A stretch of DNA of 64,000 nt from Parasphingorhabdus sp. (GTDB lineage: Bacteria > Pseudomonadota > Alphaproteobacteria > Sphingomonadales > Sphingomonadaceae): NCBI GenBank assembly GCA_048270065.1, contig JBLWTQ010000014.1:11921-75920 (forward strand), given 5' to 3'. Within the stretch, counting starts at the first letter, position 1. Every line of letters starts with the position of its first letter. A model generated the notes under the pieces. It saw only the letters and a program-made list of their open reading frames with translations, was not told the origin of the DNA and did no database searches. Made by a program: the position numbers and the translations under genes. Shown in pieces: positions 39,711 to 52,577 of this stretch.

Positions 39711-41276
39711 TCACTCAACCAGGGATTCCTGCGATCCCCTGACGTCTATCCGGTCGCCGGACCTGAGCGGGATCACCGCCCGTCCGAACCAGACGAATTT
39801 TTTGGTCGGTCGGGCCAGGCTATTGTCATAAGCCTTGGTCACGGTAGACAGATCATAACCCATCCATGCCAGCGTAGACGGAAAAATCTGGCTGGCGCTA
39901 TAACCGGATTTAACGGGGACGGGGAAATTCTCTGCAACAGATGGTGGCAAAAATGCCAGCAACGGTACGGCGAACTCGTCCTTGTCAGGCATTGCCGAGC
40001 AATGCGGTATCACGCCCTCTTGCACATTCTGACCATGATCCGAGGTGTAGACGATAGCGATATTCTCACGATCAACACCGGCCAGCAGCGTCGGGAAAAA
40101 ATCCGTCTTTGAATAGGCAATTGCTGCTTCATATTGTTGCGACAGATCATGCTCTGCCGGGAGCGTGCCGGCAGGATAATGATCCGAATATTGAAAATGG
40201 ACACCGCGCAGCACGGCATAGACAAATTCTCTGCCGGTTGTTTTCAGCCGCGCGTTCAAATTTTTCGCTATCGCCAGATCGGTTTGCATTCCGGAGGCCA
40301 GCGACTGAATTTCGTCGATCCTGCCCGCTTCGGGCGCCAGCAGCAAATTCTGGGGCGGACCGGAAACCTGCCCGTCAACAAGGATGGTTTTATACCCGGA
40401 TTTTTTGGCGTACCCCCATATCGAAGGCGTTGTGCGGAGGTCGGTGAGGGCATTCACATGCGCCACATCGACGCCCGAGCGCAGCGCGACATGAGCGGGT
40501 GCGCTGCAATTTGCCATCGCGGCTGCCTTGCCGAAATCAGTCGGTCCAAAGCGCGATAGTTCCGGTCTGACAAGCTTCTGGAAAGCATCGTAGCCAACGC
40601 TTTCATCCACAATCCAGATGATCTTCTCGATGGAATTGTCGATATTCCCGGCGACCATTGTTACGGCCCGTCTTGGCGGCGGTGGCGGAATGGTGAGTTT
40701 TTCGACGGCAAAATTATAGATATTCCGTTCCGCTGCCAGCTGCCCGGGAACGCCCATACCGAAGGCGATTGAAGGAAGCAGGAGAAGCAGGATTGCCGAG
40801 ATATTGGCGCGGGAAGTGCTGAGCATGCGGGTGCGGTGCTGCAGGGAGAGCCGGATCAGCTTGCGGCAGGCAGCAAATAGTCCGAGTGCCGCCAGGGTCC
40901 TGACCAGGCCGATGGCGGCGGGAAGCGCAAATTCCCCGGCCGCATTTTGCGCGTGGCGCGCCTCTGTCAGCAACCAGTCGAATTTGGCGAGATCAATGAT
41001 GTCGTTGAGGATCTGGCTGTAGATCACGTTGGTGGCGGCAGAAAGCCCGATCAGGATCAGGGCAAACCAGAATAGCCGGTTGGACAGGACAATCAGGCCG
41101 ATCAGCAACGCAGTAGCTTGAACGGCCATTGCGATGAACGCAACCAGCGCGCTGCCATAGTCATTTGCCGCCGCCCGATAGAGGATCGACTGCACCAGAA
41201 TCTGTTCGTCGATCAGCAGATATCCGATACAGAAAAGACCAAATCCGGTCGCGGCGCAGATTGCACTTCTTGTCAC
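39711..41276 (-). CDS. Membrane-anchored phosphoethanolamine-transferase / sulfatase-fold protein
   Basis: About 5 N-terminal TM helices, then WIVDES, NCS, GVHFQY, YTSDHGQ, PH metal-site pattern. Confidence 0.75.
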   Translation of the reverse strand: MTRSAICAATGFGLFCIGYLLIDEQILVQSILYRAAANDYGSALVAFIAMAVQATALLIGLIVLSNRLFWFALILIGLSAATNVIYSQILNDIIDLAKFDWLLTEARHAQNAAGEFALPAAIGLVRTLAALGLFAACRKLIRLSLQHRTRMLSTSRANISAILLLLLPSIAFGMGVPGQLAAERNIYNFAVEKLTIPPPPPRRAVTMVAGNIDNSIEKIIWIVDESVGYDAFQKLVRPELSRFGPTDFGKAAAMANCSAPAHVALRSGVDVAHVNALTDLRTTPSIWGYAKKSGYKTILVDGQVSGPPQNLLLAPEAGRIDEIQSLASGMQTDLAIAKNLNARLKTTGREFVYAVLRGVHFQYSDHYPAGTLPAEHDLSQQYEAAIAYSKTDFFPTLLAGVDRENIAIVYTSDHGQNVQEGVIPHCSAMPDKDEFAVPLLAFLPPSVAENFPVPVKSGYSASQIFPSTLAWMGYDLSTVTKAYDNSLARPTKKFVWFGRAVIPLRSGDRIDVRGSQESLVE

Positions 41277-41396
41277 GCTTTTCCAGTCCCCGCAAAACCA
41301 TCGGTTTACGGAAATTGTCTTTATTTTTGGTTAGACACGGAAATGACGGCGAATAGCCTTCGACAAGCTGTCACCACTCGCCTAAACTGTTCTTTC

Positions 41397-43112
<1,716 letters not shown>

Positions 43113-43114
43113 CC

Positions 43115-43450
43115 ATGAAATCGATGGAAGAAATGATGAAAGCCGCGCAGGAAGCCGCGCAACAGGTCCAGACCCAGATGGAAGAAGCACAAAAGAAACT
43201 GGATAGTCTGGAAGTCGAAGGCCAGGCCGGTGGCGGGCTGGTAAAGGTCAAGGCGACCGCAAAAGGCCGTGTCCTCGCCGTGACGATCGATGAAGGCCTG
43301 ATGAAGGCGGAAGAGAAGCAGATGCTCGAGGATCTGGTTGCTGCCGCGTTCAACGATGCCCGCAACCGCGCCGACGCGGTGAGCAGCGAGGAAATGGGCA
43401 AGATGACCAGCGGTATGCAGTTACCCCCAGGTTTTAAACTACCTTTTTAG
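43115..43450 (+). CDS. ybaB: YbaB/EbfC nucleoid-associated protein
   Basis: EGQAGGGLVKV, LEDLVAAAFNDA, LPPGFKLPF. Confidence 0.95.
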   Translation: MKSMEEMMKAAQEAAQQVQTQMEEAQKKLDSLEVEGQAGGGLVKVKATAKGRVLAVTIDEGLMKAEEKQMLEDLVAAAFNDARNRADAVSSEEMGKMTSGMQLPPGFKLPF

Positions 43451-43477
43451 GCCGTTCTCCCAATCCGGCGCATTCCG

Positions 43478-43506
43478 CTTGAAGTGTCTCGGGCAGCCAC
43501 CATATA
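43478..43506 (+). promoter_or_regulatory. Putative RpoH (sigma32) promoter for lon
   Basis: CTTGAA-N16-CCATATA upstream of a heat-shock protease gene. Confidence 0.6.
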
Positions 43507-43548
43507 GTGGACAGAAGCGCTGTTGCAGCGCAACAAGTTGGAGTAAAA

Positions 43549-45978
43549 ATGTCCGAGACCGAAGCCCGTCCTGCCGCTGAATCCAAGGCTCTGCCGCTGT
43601 TGCCATTGCGCGACATAGTGGTGTTTCCGAACATGATCGTACCCCTGTTTGTCGGTCGAGACAAATCGGTGGTCGCGCTGGAAAAAGCGATGGATGCTGA
43701 CAAGGAAATCTTCCTCGTCGCGCAGCTCGATCCGGCGGAAGATGATCCCGTGCGCGACCAGCTCTACGATCTCGGCGTGGTCGCAACAGTCCTGCAATTG
43801 CTGAAACTGCCCGACGGGACGGTCCGTGTGCTCGTCGAAGGCAAACAGCGCGCCAAACATCTGTCGCTCGAAGAGAAGTCGGATGGCTACGTGCTGGCCA
43901 CGGTCGATATGCTCGAAGAGCAGGCTGCAGACAGCCCCCAGACCTCGGCCTTGATGCGCTCCGTCATCGACCAGTTCGAGAATTATTCCAAGCTCAACAA
44001 GAAAATGCCGGCGGAAACGGTAGTGCAACTGGGCGAGATTGACGATGCGTCCCGCCTCGCCGATGCCGTGGCCGCCAATATCAACGTGAAGGTCTCCGAC
44101 AAGCAGAGTCTGCTGATGGAAAGCGACCCCACCAAGCGGCTTGAAATGGTCTTTGCCTTCATGGAAGGCGAACTGGGCGTATTGCAAGTCGAGAAGAAGA
44201 TCCGCGGCCGCGTCAAGCGCCAGATGGAAAAGACCCAGCGCGAATATTATCTCAACGAGCAGATGAAGGCGATCCAGAAGGAACTGGGCGACGGCGAAGA
44301 CGGGGAAGGCGACGAACTCGCCGAACTCGGCAAGAAAATCAAGGAACTGAAGCTTTCCAAGGAAGCGAAGGCCAAGGCGACAGCCGAGCTGAAAAAACTC
44401 AAGGGCATGCAGCCGATGTCCGCCGAGGCGACGGTGACGCGCAACTATCTCGATGTCCTGCTCGGACTGCCCTGGGGCAAGAAGTCGCGGCTCAAGAAAG
44501 ACCTGAAGCAGGCCGAAAAGGTGCTGGATGATGACCATTTCGCGCTGGAGAAGGTCAAGGAACGCATTCTCGAATATCTCGCGGTGCAGACCCGGACCAA
44601 CAAGCTGAAAGGCCCGATCCTGTGCCTGGTCGGCCCTCCGGGTGTCGGCAAGACATCGCTCGGCCGCTCGATCGCCCGGGCCACCGGGCGGGAATTTGTC
44701 CGTCAGTCGCTTGGCGGCGTGCGCGACGAAGCCGAAATCCGCGGGCATCGCCGAACCTATATCGGCTCGCTTCCCGGCAAAATTGTCTCCAATCTGAAGA
44801 AAGCCGGCACGTCAAATCCGCTGTTCCTGCTCGACGAAATCGACAAGCTGGGCCAGGATTTCCGCGGCGATCCGGCATCGGCGCTGCTCGAAGTGCTCGA
44901 CCCGGAGCAGAATGACAAATTCCAGGATCATTATCTCGAAATCGATATCGATCTGTCGGACGTCATGTTCGTGACCACCGCCAATTCGCTCAATTTGCCG
45001 CAGCCCTTGCTCGACCGGATGGAAATCATTCGTCTCGAAGGCTATACCGAGGACGAGAAAGTCGAAATCGCAAAACGCCATCTGCTCGAAAAGCAGATCG
45101 AGGCCCATGGCCTGAAAGAGGGCGAGTTTGTCCTGCGTGAAGATGCGCTGCGCGAACTGATCCGCTATTATACCCGTGAAGCCGGAGTGCGGACTCTGGA
45201 ACGCGAGATCGCCAAGCTTGCCCGCAAGGCGCTGCGCCGCATTCTTGAAGGGGAATATAAGAGCGTGAAAATTACGCCCGACAATCTCGGCGAATATGCT
45301 GGCGTACGAAAATATCGTCATGGTGTCGGCGAAGAGGAAAATCAGATTGGCGCCGTGACCGGTCTTGCCTGGACCGAAGTCGGCGGCGAGTTGCTCACGA
45401 TCGAATCTGTGACCGTGTCCGGCAAGGGCCAGATCAAGACCACTGGCACACTGGGTGACGTGATGAACGAATCCATTCAGGCAGCGCTCTCCTTTGTGAA
45501 GGCGCGCGCGCCTTCCTACGGTATCAAGCCCAGCTTCTTCAGTCGGAAGGATATCCATATCCATTTGCCCGAAGGTGCTGTGCCAAAGGACGGCCCCTCA
45601 GCCGGTGTAGGTATTGTCACCGCCATCGTTTCAACGCTGACCGGAATTCCGGTCCGCCGCGATGTTGCGATGACCGGCGAAGTCACCCTGCGCGGCCGGA
45701 TATTGCCGATTGGCGGACTGAAGGAAAAGCTGCTCGCTGCGCTGCGCGGCGGAATCACCACCGTGCTGATTCCGGCCGACAATGAAAAAGACCTGGTCGA
45801 AATACCGGAAAACATCACCTCACAACTCAAGATTATTCCCCTCAGCCATGTTGATGAAGTGCTCGCCGTTGCTCTTGTGGAGAAGGTGGAACCGATCGAG
45901 TGGAGTGATGCGGATGAACTTGCCAGCCACGCCACCGCCCCGATTGCCGATGACGCGGGTTCAACAGCACGGCATTGA
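43549..45978 (+). CDS. lon: ATP-dependent protease La
   Basis: [32 protein letters not shown] catalytic Ser, IGGLKEK; RBS GGAG. Confidence 0.97.
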   Translation: MSETEARPAAESKALPLLPLRDIVVFPNMIVPLFVGRDKSVVALEKAMDADKEIFLVAQLDPAEDDPVRDQLYDLGVVATVLQLLKLPDGTVRVLVEGKQRAKHLSLEEKSDGYVLATVDMLEEQAADSPQTSALMRSVIDQFENYSKLNKKMPAETVVQLGEIDDASRLADAVAANINVKVSDKQSLLMESDPTKRLEMVFAFMEGELGVLQVEKKIRGRVKRQMEKTQREYYLNEQMKAIQKELGDGEDGEGDELAELGKKIKELKLSKEAKAKATAELKKLKGMQPMSAEATVTRNYLDVLLGLPWGKKSRLKKDLKQAEKVLDDDHFALEKVKERILEYLAVQTRTNKLKGPILCLVGPPGVGKTSLGRSIARATGREFVRQSLGGVRDEAEIRGHRRTYIGSLPGKIVSNLKKAGTSNPLFLLDEIDKLGQDFRGDPASALLEVLDPEQNDKFQDHYLEIDIDLSDVMFVTTANSLNLPQPLLDRMEIIRLEGYTEDEKVEIAKRHLLEKQIEAHGLKEGEFVLREDALRELIRYYTREAGVRTLEREIAKLARKALRRILEGEYKSVKITPDNLGEYAGVRKYRHGVGEEENQIGAVTGLAWTEVGGELLTIESVTVSGKGQIKTTGTLGDVMNESIQAALSFVKARAPSYGIKPSFFSRKDIHIHLPEGAVPKDGPSAGVGIVTAIVSTLTGIPVRRDVAMTGEVTLRGRILPIGGLKEKLLAALRGGITTVLIPADNEKDLVEIPENITSQLKIIPLSHVDEVLAVALVEKVEPIEWSDADELASHATAPIADDAGSTARH

Positions 45979-46214
45979 ATGGCCGCTATCGAGTCGCGGC
46001 GATGAAACGAAGGTCAAATTGCGTCCCAAAATACCCGAAATGTCGAAAGCTTTGTGACCGATCGGGGCATTTACCATGTTTTGTCGTAAAAAATGGGGGT
46101 TTGTCGCAGAAAACAGCGGTTTTTCTTTGACTCATCCGGATAATTTCGCATTACTGCCGCCAGACAAAGATGCGATTCCAACGAATTGCCACCAGAGAAG
46201 GGGGGATACCCAAA

Positions 46215-46490
46215 ATGAATAAACAGGATCTTATCAGTAACGTTGCGGACCACAGCGGCCTCAGCAAGAGCGATGCCGGCAAAGCGGTAGATGCCGTATT
46301 TGATTCCATCACCAGTGCATTGTCGGGCGGCGGCGAAGTTCGTCTCGTTGGCTTCGGTACATTCTCAACTTCAAAGCGCAAAGCATCAACCGGACGTAAC
46401 CCGCGTACCGGTGAACCGATGCAAATTCCTGCATCCACTCAAGCAAAATTCAAGGCCGGCAAGGGCTTGAAAGACTCCGTCAACAAATAA
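46215..46490 (+). CDS. hup: DNA-binding protein HU
   Basis: MNKQDLI, VRLVGFGTF, GRNPRTGE, FKAGKGLKD. Confidence 0.96.
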   Translation: MNKQDLISNVADHSGLSKSDAGKAVDAVFDSITSALSGGGEVRLVGFGTFSTSKRKASTGRNPRTGEPMQIPASTQAKFKAGKGLKDSVNK

Positions 46491-46497
46491 TCAAACC

Positions 46498-46526
46498 GGG
46501 GAGCAGAGTTGCGCTCCCCATTTTTT
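46498..46526 (+). terminator. Terminator of hup
   Basis: ggggagc / gctcccc stem followed by ATTTTTT. Confidence 0.75.
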
Positions 46527-46542
46527 CGCACTTTGTTCTGGA

Positions 46543-46581
46543 AAAAATCAGGCGGGATCTCGAAAAGAGGCCCGCCTTTTT
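46543..46581. terminator. Bidirectional terminator between hup and tRNA-Lys
   Basis: aggcggg / cccgcct stem with an A-run on the left and a T-run on the right. Confidence 0.65.
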
Positions 46582-46723
46582 CTATGGGTGATGTGTTATT
46601 TACGACCACACAACTTTGTCTCGATGCCGGTTCGATTGGTGATATTGGCTGAGAGGAACCCTCGCTTGCGCTCGGGATTTTTGCCGGAGACCATCCGCCG
46701 GATGGTCTCGTTTTCAGCAAAAA

Positions 46724-46799
<76 letters not shown>

Positions 46800-46853
46800 A
46801 TGAGAGGGGCTATATAGGGACGAACGGCGCGAACACAACATATGTTTGCGAAG

Positions 46854-47966
46854 TCACCCGAATGCACCGCTCTGACGACCGGGATGGCGATCAATCGACA
46901 TCAATATACCGACGCAGATCATGATTGTCATCATTGATGAGCCGCCGTGGCTGAGAAACGGCAGGGGGATGCCGACAACCGGCGCCAGCCCCATCACCAT
47001 CATCAGGTTGATCGCCACATAAAAGAATATCGTTACCGTCAATCCGGCCGCGGTCAGCTGGGAGAAGCGGGTTTTCGCCTTCATCGCAACGCCGAGACCC
47101 CAGCGGAACAGCAGGAAGAAGCAGAAGAGAACCAGTATCCCGCCGAACAGGCCCCATTCCTCGGCCATGGTCGCAAAGACAAAATCGGTGTGGCCTTCCG
47201 GCAAATAATCGAGGTGGCTCTGCGTGCCGTTCAGGAAGCCCTTGCCGAACAGGCCGCCAGAGCCGATCGCGATTTTCGATTGACTGATATGATAGCCTGA
47301 CCCCAGCGGATCATTTTCCGGGTTGAGGAATGTGGTCACCCGTCGTTGCTGATAATCTTCGAGCGCAAAAAAATAGGCCAGCGGCGCCAGGACGGCAACA
47401 GCCGCTGCACCGCCGATAAACAGCCGCAGCGGCAGTCCCGCCAGAAAGGCGACGGTGAGCGCGCCGACAAACACGGTTATCGTGGTGCCGAGATCGGGTT
47501 GCAGCAGAATCAGCGCGCAGGGCAGTGCCAGCAGCGCGAACAGCGGCCAGACCGCTCCCCATGTCCGGATCTGCGTGGGAGGCAGGAGGTCGTAGAATCG
47601 GGCGACCGCCAAGATGATCGCGACCTTCATCAATTCCGATGGCTGAATCCGGATGAAACCGAGATTGAGCCATCGCTGGCTGCCGCCGCCGACCGCTCCG
47701 ATCAGTTCCACGGCGAGAAGCAGGACCACGACGATGATATAGGTCGGGAAGGCCATGGTCTTCCAGAACGATTCCTTGAACCGGGACATCACCACCGCCA
47801 TCGCCAGGAAGACCACAAACCTGCCCATGTGAAGCCCCGCCCAGGGACTCAGGCTGCCGCCTGCAGCAGAATAGAGGACAATAAAGCCAAAGCTGGCCAT
47901 AACGAAAAGAAGCAGGATTGTTTTCCACGGAAGCTGCGCAATCGGCGCTGGAATGAAATCACTCAA
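46854..47966 (-). CDS. rodA: Rod shape-determining protein RodA
   Basis: GSQRWL, IQPSELMK, LLQPDLGT, GYHISQSKIAIGSGG, LPEGHTDF, LPFLSHGGSS. Confidence 0.96.
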   Translation of the reverse strand: MSDFIPAPIAQLPWKTILLLFVMASFGFIVLYSAAGGSLSPWAGLHMGRFVVFLAMAVVMSRFKESFWKTMAFPTYIIVVVLLLAVELIGAVGGGSQRWLNLGFIRIQPSELMKVAIILAVARFYDLLPPTQIRTWGAVWPLFALLALPCALILLQPDLGTTITVFVGALTVAFLAGLPLRLFIGGAAAVAVLAPLAYFFALEDYQQRRVTTFLNPENDPLGSGYHISQSKIAIGSGGLFGKGFLNGTQSHLDYLPEGHTDFVFATMAEEWGLFGGILVLFCFFLLFRWGLGVAMKAKTRFSQLTAAGLTVTIFFYVAINLMMVMGLAPVVGIPLPFLSHGGSSMMTIMICVGILMSIDRHPGRQSGAFG

Positions 47967-47969
47967 TTT

Positions 47970-49925
47970 CTATTCTCCGGCGCCGGCGTCGGTGGTTTCG
48001 GGTTCGGCCGGAACGGGGTTTTCGGCAATGGCCTTTTCGAGATTTTTCCTGGCACGATAGGCCGCCATTTTCATGTCCATGCGCTCCTGAATCGTGCCGC
48101 CCCAGGATTTTTCGAGTCCGGTGAGGACATCCATCGCCTTTTGGCGATCGTAGAGGAAGGTGAGCACGTCCCGCGCGACAGGATAGGCCGCACCGGACCC
48201 GCCGCCATGTTCTATAACCACGGCAGCGGCATAACGGGGATTGTCATACGGAGCGAAGCAGATGAACAGTCCGTGGTCCCGATATTTCCAGGCAACATCC
48301 TTGCCGCCGCGTCCGAAATCAAGATTGACCACCTGGGCGGTGCCGGTTTTTCCGGCCATCTTTACATTCTCGACCGGCAGGCGCGCGCGTCCGGCCGTGC
48401 CTGGCCCGTTGACCACGTCGCTCATCGCCTGTTGCACATAGACCAGATGCTCCGGATCCAGGTTCAATGTCTCGATCGGCGCTTTTTTCTCGTTCATGAT
48501 CAGGCGCGGTATGATATTCTTGCCGGTTGCAATCCGCGCCGACATGACCGCCAGCTGGGTCGGGTTGACCAGCATATATCCCTGACCAATGGTGGTGTTG
48601 ACCGTATCATAGGCCTGCCACTCCCGGTCGTATTTCTTGCGCAGCCACGCCGGGTCGGGCACCGTCCCGTAAAACTGGCTCGGGACCGGCAACGGATATT
48701 TTTGTCCCAATCCCAGACGGTTGGCCATCAAGGCAATCGGATTGATACCGATTTTCTGGGCGAAATAATAAAAATAGACATCGCAGCTCTGGTAGATGCC
48801 CTTGGCCATATCGGTTCGCCCGTGGCCACCGCGTTTCCAGCAGCGAAAGCGCCGATTGCCCACCCGCAACCCGCCGGTACAATTGACGGTTTCATCGGGA
48901 CTCAGGCCAGCCTGAAGAAAGGCAAGGGCGACCATCGGCTTTACGGTCGAGCCAGGCGGGAACAGGCTCTTGAGTGACTTGTCGAGCAGGGGAACGTGAT
49001 CGTCCTCGCGAAGCATGCCATATTCCGTAACACCAATGCCATCGGAAAAGCTGTTCGGATCGAAGGACGGCATCGACGTCATCGTCAAAATATCACCGGT
49101 AAGGCAATCGAGCACGACCACCGAACCCGATTCGGGCCCCAGGCGGCGGGCAGCATATTCCTGAAGATCGATATCGAGGGTTAATTGCAAGGCCTTGCCC
49201 GGAGTATCGGGGCGGGTGTTGAGTTCCCGGACAATCTTGCCACGCGCCGTCACTTCCACCCGTTTCGCTCCCGGCTTGCCCTGCAGGCGGTCCTCGAAGA
49301 TTTTTTCCAGGCCATCCTTGCCGATCTTGTAGCCTGGCGTAATCAGTATCGGATCGGGATTTTCCTTATATTCTTCCGCTGATGCTGTTCCGACATAGCC
49401 GACGAGATGGCCGATTGCCGGGCCGGTTGGATAGTTGCGCGAGAAACCCTGACGCGGCGAAACGCCGGGAAGGTCGGGCAGCCGAACACTGACGGCGGCA
49501 TATTGTTCCCAATCCAGTCCGGTCGCGACCTGAACCGGCTGAAAGCTGCTCGCCTGTTCCAGTTCGCGGTTGATCCGTTCGAGCGCTTCCGAATCGAGCG
49601 CGAGCAGCCTGGCCAGGGTGGCAACGGTCTTGTCCTTGTCGCGCAACCGGTCGGGAATGATGTCGACGCGAAAGTCGGTCTTGTTGTTGGCGATGGGCTT
49701 GCCGTTACGATCCACCAGCCAGCCGCGCCGGGGCGGGACGAGCGTGAGATTGACCCGGTTGCTCTCCGACAAAAGCTTGTAACGCTCATTCTCGGCGACC
49801 GAGATATAGGCCATCCGGCCCGCAAGCAGCACGCCCACGCCGATCTGCAACCCGCCGATCACCGTCGCCCTGCGCGAGAAGGTGAGCGCCTGCGTGGCGC
49901 TGCTGATGGTTTGCGCCGGTTTCAT
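47970..49925 (-). CDS. mrdA: Penicillin-binding protein 2
   Basis: PPRRG...DRNG, PPGSTVKP (SxxK), SCD, AGKTGTAQ; ATG 49925 overlaps the mreD stop. Confidence 0.96.
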   Translation of the reverse strand: MKPAQTISSATQALTFSRRATVIGGLQIGVGVLLAGRMAYISVAENERYKLLSESNRVNLTLVPPRRGWLVDRNGKPIANNKTDFRVDIIPDRLRDKDKTVATLARLLALDSEALERINRELEQASSFQPVQVATGLDWEQYAAVSVRLPDLPGVSPRQGFSRNYPTGPAIGHLVGYVGTASAEEYKENPDPILITPGYKIGKDGLEKIFEDRLQGKPGAKRVEVTARGKIVRELNTRPDTPGKALQLTLDIDLQEYAARRLGPESGSVVVLDCLTGDILTMTSMPSFDPNSFSDGIGVTEYGMLREDDHVPLLDKSLKSLFPPGSTVKPMVALAFLQAGLSPDETVNCTGGLRVGNRRFRCWKRGGHGRTDMAKGIYQSCDVYFYYFAQKIGINPIALMANRLGLGQKYPLPVPSQFYGTVPDPAWLRKKYDREWQAYDTVNTTIGQGYMLVNPTQLAVMSARIATGKNIIPRLIMNEKKAPIETLNLDPEHLVYVQQAMSDVVNGPGTAGRARLPVENVKMAGKTGTAQVVNLDFGRGGKDVAWKYRDHGLFICFAPYDNPRYAAAVVIEHGGGSGAAYPVARDVLTFLYDRQKAMDVLTGLEKSWGGTIQERMDMKMAAYRARKNLEKAIAENPVPAEPETTDAGAGE

Positions 49926-50437
49926 GCCGCCACCCGCCAGTTGTCGACTGCGCCGATGAACCGGGCAACAAACGGATAGAGCAGGACCGACAAAAATATT
50001 TGCGGCAAAAGCAGATCGAGCCGCAGCATATTGGTTTGAAAATCGATAATCAACATACCGCCTATTAGCACAAAAACGGTGGCGATGGAGGCGATAAGCC
50101 AGTCCTGCCAATAGTCGCGGTTCACCGCCTTTCTGTCGACTGCTTCAAGCAGGATGAAGACGACCGACCAGAGAAATGCGGCGCTGCCGAAAGGCTGTCC
50201 GCTGAATATATCATCGATCAAACCCAGCGGGAAACCTGCCCAGACCGCCCAATATCCGGGACGGATCAGGCGCCAGGCCAATATGACCAGCAACCCCATC
50301 GGCGGCAGGATCGGATAATCGGTGATGATCGGCAGCGCGGTAATCATCGAACCCAGCACGACGGTTACCGGAGGTACCAGCTTGATCCGCAACTGGGATG
50401 GTTGTCGGCCAATTCTGGATTGACGGGACCAGGCCAC
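49922..50437 (-). CDS. mreD: Rod shape-determining protein MreD
   Basis: Hydrophobic multi-TM protein with LGLIDDIFSGQPFG; lies between mreC and mrdA. Confidence 0.9.
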   Translation of the reverse strand: MAWSRQSRIGRQPSQLRIKLVPPVTVVLGSMITALPIITDYPILPPMGLLVILAWRLIRPGYWAVWAGFPLGLIDDIFSGQPFGSAAFLWSVVFILLEAVDRKAVNRDYWQDWLIASIATVFVLIGGMLIIDFQTNMLRLDLLLPQIFLSVLLYPFVARFIGAVDNWRVAA

Positions 50438-51339
50438 TACTCGCCGGTTTCCTCTTCCGCATCGGCGGAAGATTCCTTTTCGATCTGACGCACAGTTTCA
50501 GCCTGAAAAATAGGCTGGACAACCGCGTGGCTGACCTTGGCCGGATTGGCCAGAACCCGTCCGATAGCGCCGGTTTCCGTTTTGCGAATGACCACCGCCA
50601 CGGGAATGCCCGGGCTATACAGGCCGCCGCTGCCGGACGTGATCATCAGATCGCCGCCCTTGAACGGATTGGTGCCAATATTGATCGGTTGAATTTCGAC
50701 TGTGCCATCGCCGCGACCCGTGGCAAAGGCGGGAAGGCTGTCACTTGCCCTCTGCACCGGCGTCACATTTTTCCCGTCCGATACCAGCAGGACACGGGCG
50801 GTCGTGGGGCCGGATTCCAGTATCCGGCCGACAAGCCCTTCCGGCGAACGGACGGGCTGGCCGGGCTCCAGCCCTTTGTTGCTGCCGACCCCCAATGTGG
50901 CAATGCGGCGCGAACTCGACGCGGTCGAGCTGATCAGGCGAGCCATGGCGATCGAATCGGGCACTTCCTCGTTGAGCTTCAACAGCCGCTTGAGCCGTTC
51001 GTTCTCTTGTCTGAGTGCGCGGGCCTCCAGGATTTCTATGCGATTCTGCTCCACTTCCCGTTGCAAGGCGGCATTTTTGGATGCGGCATTGAAATAGGCG
51101 GAAATTTCACTCCCGGCGCTGCCTGTCGCGTTGCCGATGTTGGCCAGCGTTCTGCTGACCGGTGCGATCGTTTCTGCGCCTATCGTGCGAAGGGCTGAAA
51201 ATCCGAGAGGATCGATGAAAGAGACGAGCAACAGAAGCAGACCCATGATCGCTCCCAGAATGCCCAGCAAATAGCTGGCGAAAATGCTGTACTGCGCCCG
51301 CTTGGAAAATCCTGGACGCCGATTGATTGGCGGCGCCAT
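50437..51339 (-). CDS. mreC: Rod shape-determining protein MreC
   Basis: TM, coiled coil (ENERLKRLL), GLVGRI, ITSGSGGLYSPGIPV. Confidence 0.94.
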   Translation of the reverse strand: MAPPINRRPGFSKRAQYSIFASYLLGILGAIMGLLLLLVSFIDPLGFSALRTIGAETIAPVSRTLANIGNATGSAGSEISAYFNAASKNAALQREVEQNRIEILEARALRQENERLKRLLKLNEEVPDSIAMARLISSTASSSRRIATLGVGSNKGLEPGQPVRSPEGLVGRILESGPTTARVLLVSDGKNVTPVQRASDSLPAFATGRGDGTVEIQPINIGTNPFKGGDLMITSGSGGLYSPGIPVAVVIRKTETGAIGRVLANPAKVSHAVVQPIFQAETVRQIEKESSADAEEETGE

Positions 51340-51388
51340 ATTGGTTTATCCTTTCATTTCCAATCGTTGCTTCATCATCGGTGTCGAC

Positions 51389-52501
<1,113 letters not shown>

Positions 52502-52577
52502 TCACGAAATTAATCATGATAATCGCCCAGAAAATCAGGGGTCGCTTGGCAAGGTCGCTTGGGCTAGGAACGGCAAT

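Noticed and set aside
41358-41369. cttcgacaagct upstream of dnaX resembling one arm of the 66-bp element
   Set aside because: Only 12 nt with no partner arm; could be chance.
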